Shown here one piece after another: positions 1 through 13,060 of a DNA stretch of 64,000 bases (its first letter is position 1; each line of letters starts with the position of its first letter). A program made the translations under genes and the position numbers. Location: positions 3,928,395 to 3,992,394 of the forward strand of contig BQFW01000002.1 in NCBI GenBank assembly GCA_020891255.1, written 5' to 3'. The notes beneath the pieces were generated by a model. That model was not told where the DNA came from, did not search any database, and saw nothing but the letters and a program-made list of their open reading frames with translations. This DNA is from Entomortierella parvispora E1425 (Eukaryota; Fungi; Mortierellomycota).

Positions 1-2778
1 TCGGAGCGTTGGTTGAGGTGCTTACTCCAGATACAGCATCTGAACACTGGTTTCAGCGGATGAAATCGTTTTCATACCTTCAGTCCGATATCCTCATCTT
101 GTTCAACAATCCACCAGCCGTAGTCTTCAACTAAATCCATGTCATGCAATGACATCAACACCGATGCCATCTCTTCAAGGCTGACCTTGGAGCTGGGATC
201 CTTTAGTGTGTTTTGGAGCAATCTGTTTCGACGGTCATTATTGTAGGTTAGCTGTGTATCTGAGATCTACTTGTGGCAAAAAGGCGGAAGCCGAGAAAAG
301 GACAGGTTCTTACTTTTTCCATATTGACAGCACATCGCTGTGTTTCTTGTGCATCCTGTACCACACTGACAAGACATAGTGCTGCTTTGATTCCTTCAGC
401 TTCTGTTCGCAAATGTCCTCCTGGCAAGCGTTCTTGGACTCAATCAGCTGTAAAAGGTTTTCCGTGTCCTCGTTATCCACCCAGATACCCAAAAGTGCGG
501 TATCAGTAGCCTACAATTAAAATGGCAGGTAAGTAATCATAGTACACACAGAGACCCAGAGACTTCGAAAAAAAAATCGCCCTCTGTCGCCTACCTGCGA
601 TGCTGGCCCTGCCACCTTCTTTGGTATATTGTCCTTGTGGAATTTCAAGAGGAATGTCAGGAATACGTCTGTCGCATTCTTTAGCAGCATGTCCCGGAAC
701 TCGTCGCTCTCATCGCTTCCTGACTTGGAAAGACTTTTTGTGACTAAAGGAAGAGTCAGGATAAAATCAAAATCATGTTTTTGCAAGGGATGTAGAACAA
801 ACAATGGCCACGAGGTGGTCTTACTGATGTCAGGTACGGTTCCCAATTGCTCCAACTGCTCCTTCACGCCGCGGAACAGGCTCACGGATTGCATGATGTT
901 GCCTTGTTGAAGAACATTCGGAAACATGGAGATCAAAACTCGAGGATCGATCCTGCCTTTTTGTAAAAGACCGAACGCGTCGTCAAAGAGTGTTTCGCCA
1001 AGGTATATAAGTCCTGATTTTTGATAAATGTAATCCAGTTCAAACTGCAATCGCTCTCGATGAAGGTTCTCAGAAGAAAGCGTTGCCATCGTCCTTTCCG
1101 AGAGGAGCAATGCCTCTTCCACGCGTCCTTTTTGTAGAAGTCCGTCGGCCTACATGATATAAGACTGTGTGAGTATATCGATCCATAGAGCATGCAGCCT
1201 GAGCACCCTCAGTTGTGAGAATGTGAGAATACTAACATGCAACACCAGAGGTGTCGTGATCAAAGCCGAAACCGAATCCTTTCCAGCAACAAGAATTCGA
1301 GCGGGAACGATGGAAATTCTGTGAATATCCTTCGCCATTTTTTCAATCTCTGGCGAAGATGATCCTCCAGCAGAAGCGGTCTGCAGCGAGAGGACGTGGG
1401 CAAGCGCAGACATCCATACAGCCAGACCTGGACCTTGAGCGATGTTTCGGATTTCCAGTACCGGATCAAATCTCACGGTTTGTATCAGCTTTTGGTCCAA
1501 AATGTTGTGTATCTCGATGATGTTGTTCCGTAATAGAGCAGCAACGTAAGGAAACTCAATGCCGAGTGAGCGAGGGTAGCTCGACCATTGCAATGTTCCT
1601 CTCACTGGTTCGCCGGATCCCGAGCAAAAAATTCCCATGGCTGTCTGTCCAGAACTAGCAGCAGTTGCAAGTAAAAACTCGTTCTCGCCAATTGCAATGC
1701 ATGCAGGCTTCAGCACCTGGGTATTGGATCCAGTTGAAGCACTTTGGACAACAGGAAGGATGGGCATCATCCGTCCTACACGTAAATCGATCAGCTTGAA
1801 GTCGTTTGCATCAGCCACGCACACAATATGCTTCCATCTCGTCGCTACCAAAGCTCCATTTGCGAGGTTGAGTTCCTATTCCCGGTTGAAAGTTAGCAAC
1901 AAGGCGGGCAATGCATAGCTTCGTGTCTACAGGTCTGTGGCATGGACGTTACCTGCGGGTCTGATATGGCGTCGGGCCAGATGCTGTAGTGTTGAATAAT
2001 CCTTCGTTTTACGACACACACCCGAATGCTTCCATCCTCTGCAGGGCGTCCTCTTTGTGAACCATCCTCGCAAAACGCTGTAACTCCTCTGATGGGTGGG
2101 AACGCCTGCTGTGAACATGGTGTGAATGATGGGAGATTGAAGAATGACAAGGTGGAATCTATGATACGAAGGTGGTTAATGCACGATTTCGAAGAGCGCC
2201 TATACATGAGAATCCGATGACACTGACCACAGAGGACGATCGCAATCCGTATGCTTGGTAGAACCATGATCCTCTCTACCAGCTTCTTGCCGAATCCAAG
2301 AGGCGTTCTTCGGAGGAGTCGAGATCGTGGGAGATTCTAAGAGTTTGGGTCGGCAGCCAAGATGACAACACCGTGTCAGTTCATGTACTCGCAAAAGGCC
2401 GAGTGCAATTAAAGTCAACCACGTACCGACTCGGAAGATATCTGTTCCTCGATTACATAGTGCAGCAAAATGCCAAAGGATGTGCCAAGATAAAGATTGC
2501 TTTCTAGTGGAGTAGCGGTCATTTGTGAGTGATGGTCAGCTTCTGCTCCAAATGCCCTCGGACTAAAAAACAATGCTGTAGCATCAAACCAGAATATTAC
2601 CAAAGCTGTCCAGTGCCTCGATGATGGGCTTTCCACCTCTGTTGAAGATGCTTGTCGACTTTGGTGCGGGGCTGCTGGCTCCCCCTTGGGAAGCTCTTGA
2701 AGAGGATGCCTCGCCTGAAGAACTGTCATCCAAGTTCAGGCCACTCAGGAGAGGTTGGACTGAGAATGTCGTGAACAT
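1..2778 (-). CDS. Vps3/TGFBRAP1 (Vam6/Vps39-family) CNH-domain tethering subunit; multi-exon, 3' end runs off the window
   Basis: ATG at 2778 (MFTTFSVQPLL...KPIIEALDSF) splices to ESNLYLGTSFGILLHYVIEE. CNH-like exon has IVCVADANDFKLIDL and GEPVRGTLQWSSYPRSLGIEFPYVAALLRNNIIEIHNI (ORF 1150-1851). Later exon has LHRERLQFELDYIYQKSGLIYLGETLFDDAF...IDPRVLISMFP. GT-AG introns separate the ORF pieces. Confidence 0.8.
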
Positions 2779-2998
2779 TGCGACGTCTGAGCCTTGGTGG
2801 TTGGAGTCCTGCCAATGATGAAGATGGCGTGTTGAGGCAGAGATGTGCCTTGAGTCGCCTGGGTTGCATGCATGCAATGACCGTGTCGAAGCGGGTCGAC
2901 AAAAATTCTCCGCCCCTTAACTGACAACGCCCTCTGCAGCAGTATAATTCGGAGGCGCCTCATGAATTTAGAAGGCCTCTCAATTCGACTTTGAAAAG

Positions 2999-3811
2999 AT
3001 GGTACTGACTGCTTTCTGGGAACCAGGCTGTGCATCCATGATCATCCATCGTCAACCATCAACGGAGGATCCATCCATCGCCACCCTCGATACCATCCCC
3101 ACCCAAAGCTCATGTCGCTTCGATACCACTGGAACTCTGGATCACCGCCACAGACTTTTGGAGTTCTTGCTACGTCCTTCGCTGCATGGATGAGATGATT
3201 GATGTCTGATGACAGAACTGGAAGCTGGGCGATTGCCGCGAAAGGATGACACCAATGCAACCAAACCACTGCCACTTTGCGTGCAGGAGATCCCGTCTCC
3301 TGTTCATATGAACTTGACCAGGAATCTACATGGACCCAATAGCTGTTTACCCAGAGGAGTTCATGCAGGAACGGTCAAGTAGACTGTCGGCTCATTCAGT
3401 GTGCCCGCTATCTGCGATGTTGAACGAGTGCAAAGGCGAGATCCTTGCAGGATACATGATTCATACGACCACTGGACACGGACAATCAGAAACTGAGTAG
3501 AGATTTACAGTCAGCCCCAACATCAAAAAAACTCACAAAAAAATCACTTCGACATCTTAGCCTTCCAACAAGTCGTTCCTCATCAAGCGCAAGCTCGGAA
3601 AGAAGCAGAAGCAGAACCGCCCTCTGCCCAACTGGTGCCGCATGCGTACCGACAACAAGGTATTGTCTTGTAGTTTCCAGCCATGATGATGAAGTCACTC
3701 GGTGCAAGGATATGAAGTTCTTGATATTTACCATATTTCTACTTTTTTTTTGATCAGATCCGCTACAACGCCAAGCGCCGCCACTGGCGCCGCACCAAGC
3801 TGGGTCTTTAA
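2999..3811 (+). CDS. RPL39: 60S ribosomal protein eL39
   Basis: Exons 2999-3001 (ATG only), 3561-3659 and 3758-3811 give 51 aa: [51 protein letters not shown]. Confidence 0.97.
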
Positions 3812-3996
3812 ACTACTCGCCCTCGAGTTTTTCAACTGGATTTATCGTTTGTCTTGTTGCCCATTAAAGATCTCGCTCTTGCGTTTGAACTAAATATTCA
3901 TATCAACACCAGGAAAACGGGATTTTGTTCGGATATGATCATATTTATTTGAGGGAGATTTCGCCAAGGACGTGAAGCTACATCAGAGTATTAGAA

Positions 3997-4050
3997 GAAA
4001 CATGGGAAACATGGGAAACATGGGAAACATGGGAAACATGGGAAACATGG
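3997..4050. repeat. Perfect 9-bp tandem repeat (GAAACATGG)x6
   Basis: Read directly; intergenic between RPL39 and the next gene. Confidence 0.95.
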
Positions 4051-4498
4051 AGGGGATATGATTGGGGACTCAGAACACGGAGGGCACTGGTAATCTGATT
4101 TTCTCAGGAACCGCGTAGACCCAACGATACATAGGGCATGGACAGTTTTCAACCCTTCGCGCGTCAAGTACACTTCACTCTGGAAACAATACCCCAGGCC
4201 TTGCTTTCCTGAATTGTTTCTTTGGATCGGTGCACTGAGCGCTATGAAGGGGATACTGTGCCCTGCCTATGAACTCATCATTGTCAAAAGTACTCGCTTC
4301 TACTCCCGATCGCAATAGTTGTAGTCATATGCGTTTTGCATAGTATTTGGCTATTTTTCGTCACTCTGCCAAGATGGCCGTCGGGTGCAATGGGAGGAAT
4401 GAAGATGAACTTCGATTGAATCTCATCACTATTTATCGACCAAAATTTTGGCGGTCACATTCGCAGCGCACAGATGCCATTCTTTCGATCGTACCATC

Positions 4499-5186
4499 AT
4501 GTCGCCCAGCACTCACGTCCAAGTGGAGACGACTTATCTACTTGCAACGGACTTTTCAGGAAGACCGCCGCCCCCCAAAGGCGGATACAGCTGGGAGCAA
4601 GTCAAAGATGCAGTTGGTAAGAGCACCCTGCCTCCAAGATGTTGACGTAGACCATTCATTGACACCGCACCGTGCCCTGGTAGATTCCAACTCTTTGCAC
4701 GCTTTAAGACGGACAGACAAAGGACAGTTCGAGTATGAGCAATGGCAAGCTGGGATTGACCGTGCAAAGTACAAGAATGCTGGAGAATACATCGCCTTTC
4801 AGATCCTACAGTGGCCCAGCCTGACAGATCCATCCGAGGAAGCGACTGCAGGCACAGAAGGTACTCTGTCGGAGCGACGCAGGGCCATTGAACCTCGACT
4901 TACTCTCCGTCTCAACCACTTTCCGTTCCCCGTGGAAGAATCGATCCAATACTTTGTGTTATGGTCTACAAGGGACATGAGCGTGCCTGAGGAACGCGAT
5001 CGCCTTGACCGGTACCTAGACGCCAAGCTCACATGGCAAGGTAGCGACTCAAAATTGCAATCACCTGAACTCATTGCGCCTGGACTGGGGAAACATAAAG
5101 AATGGTTTTATTTCGTCAACCCACCCGAGCTGAGGAGTATTGCCACCGTGCATCATATTCATGTATTTGTTAGAGATGTCAAATAA
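4499..5186 (+). CDS. DUF3605 / GIG1-like (HIT-related) protein
   Basis: MSPSTHVQ...YSWEQVKDAV is spliced (intron ~4617-4684) to DSNSLHALRRT...YEQW. It continues LRLNHFPFPVEESIQYFVLWS and ends EWFYFVNPPELRSIATVHHIHVFVR, the motif set I recall for DUF3605. Confidence 0.75.
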
Positions 5187-5955
5187 ATTAGATTCTATTC
5201 GATCTCAAGATTTTTAGCCCGTAGTTCTCCAACATGTCCTTCCATTCAACATGCTGTGTCCAGCAATCGATAACAATGGGCTGGGCGGTCGATGGATGCA
5301 AATTAGTATTTGTAGCCCTCACAACAGTTCAGCTTTGAAGGTCTGGTATAACAACGATCTATTCATATCTCGGCCTCGACCAGGATCTCGCTCAACTGCT
5401 AATGATAGAGATCCTGTAGAAGCATGCTCCACACCATACTTTGCAGCAATACAATGCTGCGGCTGGTAGCAGGACCTAGATCGTTTGGTGTCATACATGT
5501 CCAGATACTATACTCATTGACGAAAGTTTCTGAACAACATGACTAATGGTAGGTAGAAAGAAGATATCAATTGCCTTGCGCATCCAGTCTCGACCGATGA
5601 CAGGGCGACTGGTGTTCCCTGGACCCAAGTCTAGGCACCAGCACAAATGAAGGGAGCTGGTCCGTGCTTGCCAGTTTGCGGAGCTGCCAGAAATGAGAGG
5701 GCCTCTCTTGATTGAAAAGGGCGTGATTGAATGACAGTCACCGGCAATTCAAGCCACCCGAAAAGATAAACAGAAACTCTTCTCAAAAAAAAAAAAAAAA
5801 AAAATAGCCATCAAGCAAATCATTTAGACAGTCTGAGCATTGCATCTTCACCTATCCTCCACCCTCTCTCTCTCTCTACATCCATCTCGCGCATCTGCAT
5901 CCGACAGACTCGCCAATTCCCCTTTCTTACATTCATCCCAAATAACATCCTCATT

Positions 5956-7112
5956 ATGAGCTTCAGAGGCGGTCGTGGTGGCGGTGCTCCCCGTGGAGGT
6001 ACGACAGTCCCTACGACTTGGACTTTTTGTTGACCCAAACCCGCTCTGCTTGTTACCCACCCTTCAGGATGCCATAGTACTCAAGAGACTAACCAACACC
6101 CTCGCTTTGCTCTTTCAATTGAACAGGCCGTGGTGGTTTCGGCGGCAGCTCCCGTGGCGGTCGCGGTGGATTCGGCGGTGCCCCCTCTTTCGGACCCCCA
6201 GAGTCGGTCACTGGTACGTTTGACCATGGACAGGACAGCCAACTTGAGGGCTATTTCTCGAGAATTGTACCCTACAGAATCGTTGAGAATGGGATCTATC
6301 TACTTTTGATATGGATCTTCTGAGATCTTTCCAAGGAATTGCTGGACTATCATATGGATCGACTTTGGTTATTTTGACATCTCACTAGACGCTGACTCCT
6401 CGTTTTCGCCTTTCAACCACCCTTTGTTTATTGATCTAATAGAGATCGGACAGTTCATGCACGCTTGCGAAGGAGAGATGGTTTGCAAATCTACAAACGT
6501 CAAGATCCCATACTTCAACGCCCCCATTTACCTCGAGAACAAGAGCCAGATCGGAAAGGTTGATGAGATTCTCGGACCCATGAACGAGCTCTACTTCACC
6601 ATCAAGCTTCAGGACGGTATGGTGGCGACTTCCTTCAAGACCAACGACAAGGTCTTCATTGCTCCCGATAAGCTCTTGCCTTTGGAGCGTTTCCTCCCCA
6701 AGCCTAAGGTTGTTGGTGGAAAGGGTAAGGAAGCACTGTTATTTTGTTCCGATCTATGTTTTGTGGTTGCTACAGCTTCTCTGATTTATACTCACGCATT
6801 CATTGTCCTGCTCATTTCTAGTTGCCAAGCGTGGAGGTATGCAGGGAATGAACGCTGGTCGCGGTGGTCGTGGTGCCCCTCGTGGCGGTGGTAAGTCTCC
6901 ATTCTCATGGCTTTTAGCTACACAGATAATGATACCCTGATACTGATCCTTTCCACTCTCTGTAATGAATAGCCCGTGGCGGACGTGGTGGTGCTCGCGG
7001 TGGCTTTGCCCCCCGTGGCCGTGGTGCTCCTCGTGGTGCTCCCCGCGGTGGCGCACGTGGTGGCTTCAGCCGTGGTGGTTCCAGCGGCGGTCGTGGTCGT
7101 GGCGGTTACTAA
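5956..7112 (+). CDS. GAR1: H/ACA snoRNP subunit Gar1
   Basis: RGG-rich N- and C-terminal exons flank the core [46 protein letters not shown]...[14 protein letters not shown]; ends RGRGGY-TAA at 7112. Confidence 0.97.
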
Positions 7113-7354
7113 ACAATCATCGAGTCGAAGTTGTCTAGTGTATTCTTTCGTGTGCATTTTTTTTATTGTTTTTCATATTTCATCACCCCATAAAAAAACA
7201 GATACTTGTTTTTTCTTGCAGCAACATGTTCCTCGAGATTTTGTTCTTTATGGGGTTCTGGCACCCTCAACAATGAAAGGGCGGTGATTTACTACAGCGT
7301 GAAAAACGCAAGGATGACACACGAGAACTCGAGTGTTGGAACAAATTGAACTAA

Positions 7355-8381
7355 TTACATACTGGCGAGTGCAAAAATGGTACCCACCGAACCCACAACC
7401 ATTCCAGCCAGCGCTGCGCCGACAATCTTGGCGCGCTGACTGCTTGGTTCTGGCTCCTTTGTTTCAGTGGAGTCTTGGGGTCTCTTGCGTTTGCGACTGC
7501 CTTCATTATCCAGAACTATTTCCACCGTTGTGGCCTTCAATTGCTGTGTCACGACAGAAGCCACGGTCTCATTGACGGTAGAGGTCTTGACTTCATCATT
7601 CCTAACCTCAGAAGACTGGACATTCTATCTCAGTTGTAAGGTGAATTTTGGTTAATGGATGCACTCTATACGTACCAACAGGGTCCAGAAGTTTTATTAC
7701 CTGGGTATTGGACGTGGTACAAGTAACAACGGCCGCCTCTTCGTTTTCCTTGACAACTTCCTCACTTGGCACGGTTTGTGGTAAAGCGATGGACGCTTGG
7801 ATCTCAAGTGTTTCAACGGCAGAGGTCCTCTGGCCAGACGAGACTACCCAATCTTCTTCGTCCTCGACCTCGCAGTTCCCTGTGTCCACCTCTTCGTGGA
7901 TTTCTTCATCATCCGACTCATCCTTTGTTTGAGTAAAGTCACTTTCTATGATTACCATTGTCGCAAAGTGAGAAGGCTATAAGGGACAGGGCGATACCTT
8001 CATTGCAGTCAATGTTGCTTTGCAGTGGACAAAAAATAATGACCACTTACGAGACAGCGGAGGAAGGAAGCGTGCTGGACCTTCGTCTCCCTCAAGACCC
8101 TCCAGGTCGAGATCAACCTCATCCAGGCTGTCGTAAGAGTCGTCAAACTCGTCAAAGTCCTGTGCGCTGTGCGTAGTAAAGAAGAGCCTGCGGCGTCGCT
8201 GCTCAGCAGTCGTCTCTGAGGAGAGGGAGGGGTCACTTGCTTCTCCCGCAGAGGATGTCGTAGTCACCTCTTCTCCTGAACAAGGTTCAGGCTGAGCACT
8301 GGTGGCGACTTTGAAGTCACCGAAGTAGACGTGATCACCATTGATAGATTGGTTCATATTGCGGAACTTTTCTTGTGCCAT
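7355..8381 (-). CDS. Hypothetical acidic protein with a C-terminal transmembrane helix (tail-anchored-like)
   Basis: Collinear ORF pieces 7977-8417, 7608-7958 and 7355-7564. The last intron (after ...TSNTQ) is phase-consistent. C-terminus is AKIVGAALAGMVVGSVGTIFALASM*. I could not phase the first junction cleanly. Confidence 0.5.
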
Positions 8382-8577
8382 TGAATGGGGGGAATGGAGT
8401 GAAAGAATGAAGGCCAAGTTTGCGCCTTTGCCCCTTTGCTTCCCCTTTCGTCCATATTCCCGTGATCATGTCAATCATTCAACCCACACAAAAAAAAATA
8501 GCGCTGGGTCCCTCCTCCGGTACTAATCATGTATGGTTTCCATGATTTATTGAATCAGAACGAGTTGGATCAAGCAT

Positions 8578-8843
8578 TTAAGCGACCAACTGAACGGCAC
8601 CACCAACAGCCTTGATCTTCTGCTCAGCAGCGCGGGAGACATAGCGGGCCTTGACAATGACGGGCTGCTCGGGGAGGCGACCCTTGGCGAGGACCTTGCC
8701 GAATCCAGCACGGAGGGTGTCAATGACGGGGACGACCTCGGTGTTCTTGGCAGCGTTCTTGCGAGTCTGCTCGGAGACAAGAGTCCAGAGGGTGTCCAAG
8801 TTGACAATGGGGCAGTGCTGGCCGTTGCGGGTCAAGTGGAAGC

Positions 8844-8874
<31 letters not shown>

Positions 8875-9718
8875 ATGGTACTTGTCCATGTTGATACGGT
8901 GGTGGTGCTGACCACCGGCAAGACCACGACCTCCGGGATGCTTGCGGTGCTTGCCTGAAGAGAAAAAAAATTGACGCAAAAAATGGTTGTTTGTATGAGT
9001 GGTCTGTCTGCTTCAAAGAAAAGTGTAGATCTCTGGATGTTGGTCCAATTGCTGTTCCATTCTGGGTAATGCCTTGCTGTCCACAATGTTGAAAAGAACC
9101 CAGTGCACACGTTGGGTAAGTGCCCACGGTGGGCAAACAGCGAATCCCCTTTCGTCAAAAGTCGTATCTGTAGAGAAACTCTTTGTCCAAGATGTTGCTT
9201 GACTGTGAAGTTTTCTTTTTGCCTTGATGTCCACTTTTCCTAGGTCGAGCTCAGCCTGGCAGAAACGCTGCTGTCTCCTGATACACCCTTCTGCCATGGC
9301 GGTGACTCTTCAAAATGGATCAAGTCGGCGTTCGACAGCTCTGATGATTGATGTTTCCACGACAGTCGAAGTCAAAGCTATGGTTTTAAAGATGTTGTCT
9401 CCAGACATTGGTGTCTCCCCACTGATGTGTTCCCCCGATTGCCTTGTGGTGGTGATTGGTTGTTGTAGGTCGTTGCAGTCCTACTCCCACAATGTTCCCA
9501 TGGATGTTTTTGATGTTGCTCCATGTCTCTCCAGACTCACCAACACGACCGTGACCGGCGCTGACGTGGCCGCGTTTCTTTCTGTTGTGATGCAGACGGG
9601 TCGGCTATATGAATAAGGATGGGTGAGTTAGCATCGGAAAGGATGATCGATGGTGATGGATGGGTTCATCTCATAGATGGATGAAGGATGCCCTTTGACT
9701 TTCAGCCGGTCATACCAT
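8578..9718 (-). CDS. RPL28: 60S ribosomal protein uL15 (L28/L27a)
   Basis: Exons 9718-9716 (ATG), 9604-9541 ([22 protein letters not shown]) and 8954-8578 ([10 protein letters not shown]...[14 protein letters not shown]...GGAVQLVA*). Confidence 0.97.
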
Positions 9719-9827
9719 TCTGGCTAATAAATAAAGAGAGAGAGAGACAAAATGGCTGTGCCAGCTGTGATCTTTTGTGGGTCCAAAATTTTTGCAATTT
9801 ACAGAGGGTGACACGTGACTAGATATT

Positions 9828-11342
9828 TTATTCTTTTGGCGGTGTGGATCCCTCCAAGTGGTCCTTGAGAGAATGCTTCGCGGTGCCGCGCTCAAGAGGC
9901 TTGTTCTGAGTAGGCGACGGCTTCCATCCGATCTGAGAAGAGAGAAATGAAAAAAGACTGTTAGATGTAGGCTCTCCTCTGTGTGCCTGATCTACTTTAA
10001 TGACATCTTCTCGTACCATATACAGGATTTGAAAGGTTGCAGGCACACTTCCATCCGGGTTTCCATAAATCTCTATTGGGAAGAAGAATATTCAGATGAG
10101 AACACGATACCGACATCTGTGCGCACCATCCAGAAGAGACATGTAGATGATATTCAACTTGAAAAGCCAAAGATGAATTACCCTTGTAAATGGCCGCTGC
10201 TGCCATCATTGTATCCCTCTTCAGGAAATGTCTCCTGTTGATGATGGCATTGCTCTCTCCCATCGCACGGAGGTCCTGCATGAGCTCGAGGGCGCTTGGA
10301 TAGTTTACCGTCACCTCATCTACATCAACGGTTGTTAAGGTGAATCCTGCGCGAGAAAGTAGACTTCCTAGGTCTCGACTGTCAGCCATAGGCGAAATTC
10401 TTGGTGAAATGCCTCCTTCCCGATCCTGCTCTGCCAATTGTAATGATGTTCTATGAGGATAGATAGACCAAGGTCAGTCGACAATACCAGAGATTGGCTT
10501 TGTGCAAAGCAAAAAGTAGATATCGTACCTAAGCTCATAGAGCGTGTCTCCACCAAAGAGTCCTGCAATGAACACGCCGTCAGGTTTAAGGCTCCTTTGG
10601 ATCTGGATCATGGCTCCTGGAAGGTCATTGATCCAGTGCATTGACAGGCTGCTAATAACGGCATCCAGACTGTTCTCTTTAAATGGAAGATTCTCTTCAT
10701 CCACAACTCTTCTCTCCACGGGCACTAGAGGTTGTCAGGTTTTCAGCATCCGCGTGTCAGTAATGGTGCTCCAGGCGAGAGAATAAGACTACCGATCCTC
10801 CTGAAGAGCTGATTACCTTCATATTCCACATCCTTGTCGCGGTTCAGCATGGTCTCTGACATATCGCACATGATCAGCTTTTTCATCATGTCAAGATCGA
10901 CATGCTTGGCAATATGGCCTGATCCCGATCCAAGCTCCACCACCTCATTAAATTCACGCTTGATATCCTATTTTGCAAAATGGCGTGAAGAGCACCTGCA
11001 TTAGTCTTGAGAGTGGATACATCGACATGACATGGCATGGCATGCTAATCAGCCCCTGTGGACTCTTACCAGCAGACGATCCACTACGCGGAAGGCGACC
11101 TCGTCCTTGACATAGTCGACCTGACGACTCAGCTCTACATCAGAGGCAGCTCGTTCCTTTTGAAGGCGCTTTGCCTTGCGGTCAAAGACCTGGAAGGTGG
11201 CGGGCACGGTCTTGTTGTTGGTAGGTGGAGCCGTGGCGTAGAATCGACTGGCCCGGATGCATCGGGAGGCGAGCGTGGGAGCATTGCGGCGGAGCGCGGC
11301 TCTTGAAGCAGGGGCAGCCAAGGACGCAATGTGAGGCAACAT
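9828..11342 (-). CDS. NDUFAF5: Mitochondrial complex I assembly factor, SAM-dependent methyltransferase fold
   Basis: Mitochondrial-type presequence, then [17 protein letters not shown]...[81 protein letters not shown] and IGWKP. Confidence 0.92.
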
Positions 11343-11790
11343 GGGTAGGGCGAGGGATCAGCAGTTCCGATGGAGACAGAAAGAGAGGGCGAAAGTGCGA
11401 AAGAGGGTGACTAGACAGGGCTGATCAGGGGCGGACATGCATGCAAAAAGGAAACAGGGCCGAGAGGACAGAAGAGAGAGAGAGCAGAGCGGGTTTCGGA
11501 GGTGGCTTTGCAGAGCCAATTGTGCTCTGCCTTTGGCTCGCACGCTTCGCACTGCCTTCGCCCGCACAACTCGGTCAAAAAAAGACTGCAGCGCAGGGCT
11601 GGGTGGTGGGTGGTGGTGGGTGGTGTGGACAAGCAGATCTGCCCCGAGAGACACTGCACGAGAAAAAGAGACAATCATCCTTCCTCCGACTGTTTGTCTG
11701 TCTCTGTCCATCTGTCCTTCCGCATTCATCCATCCCCGCCCTGCCTGTCCTTCCCTGCTGCAACCAGCCCTGCATTCCTCCACTTCATCC

Positions 11791-13060
11791 ATGACCTCGA
11801 CCAGAGACTCCTTCCCCATCGGCACCCGCAAGTCGGCCCTTGCCATCGCCCAGACCGTCCAGGTCCAATCGGCCCTCCAGCGACTGAACCCGGACAAGTC
11901 GTTTCCCCTTCTCCAAATGACAACCACCGGTGACAACAACCAGATCCAGCCCCTGTCATCCATTGGAACGACTGCTGTTTTCACTCGTGAGCTCGAAAAC
12001 GCTCTTGAGCGCGAGGAATGCCACCTTCTTGTCCATTCCCTCAAGGACGTGCCAACACAAATCAAGTCCGGCTTTGTAATTGGAGCAATGATGAAGCGTG
12101 AGGAACCCAATGATGTCATGGTCATGCGTCAGGGTGAAGTCAAGGCGCTCAAGGACTTCGGCCCTGGCGATGTCGTCGGAACAAGCAGTGTCCGTCGAGC
12201 CAGTCAGATCAGACGACTCTGCCCTGGAGTTCAAGTCATGGATGTGGTGGGTGTATTTTTTTTTCTTTCCTATTTTTTGACATCTTCGCTTTTGTTTTTT
12301 GTTTTTTTTGGCCCTTGGCTCCAAGGACCTCGAAAGCTAACATTCTGTTCCGATGCTCCTTGCCTGATTGAATCGATGATAGCGCGGAAATGTGTAAGTA
12401 ACCGATACTGATTCAAATGGCAGATCAAACAACCATCCTGTCCTTATGGCCTCTAACTATATTTACTCTTTCCCTTCAACCTACAGCAACACCCGCCTGG
12501 CTAAGCTCGATGCTGCTGATTCGCCATACACCTGCTTGCTACTGGCTGCTGCTGGTCTTCAAAGACTCAACTTGGAGGGTAGAATCACATCAAAGTTGCC
12601 TCCAGATGTCATGTTGCATGCGGTTGGTCAGGGATCTATCGGTATCGAATGTAGAGCGGACGATGCAGAAACGCTGGAGCTGATTAAGCCTCTTGACCAT
12701 TTGCCTACGCGCTTGCGTTGCGAGGCTGAGCGTAGCGTGATGAGGATCTTGGAAGGCGGATGCTCTGTGCCAATTGGCGTCTGGACCGAGTTTGATTCTT
12801 CGGACGCCGAGGATGTGGGAACGTTGCGCTTGAAGGCTATGGTCTCGTCTCTGGACGGATCAGAAATTGCCGTCTCAGAGGCATCTGCCGCAGTGAACGG
12901 AAGTGTAGAGCTCGCCATCGAGTTGGGAAAGACAGTGGCTTCACAGCTTTTGGCTCAGGGAGCAGAAACTATCCTTGCAAAGGTCCTTCAAGATCGCAAT
13001 CAAACTCTTGTCCCCACTGGAACTGGTGAGGAAAACACCATCAAAGGTTGGGAAGTATAA
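11791..13060 (+). CDS. HEM3: Porphobilinogen deaminase (hydroxymethylbilane synthase)
   Basis: IGTRKSALA, LVHSLKDVPT, VGTSSVRRASQ, RGNVNTRLAKLD (needs the 11-nt exon 12383-12393), HAVGQGSIGIEC and LEGGCSVPIG. Confidence 0.97.

Noticed and set aside
9013-9616. ORFs 9013-9297 and 9224-9616 as nested genes
   Set aside because: They lie within or across the long RPL28 intron and have no recognisable domains.
11437-11790. N-terminal extension of HEM3 in ORF 11437-12411
   Set aside because: Low-complexity promoter/UTR sequence; homology begins just after the ATG at 11791.
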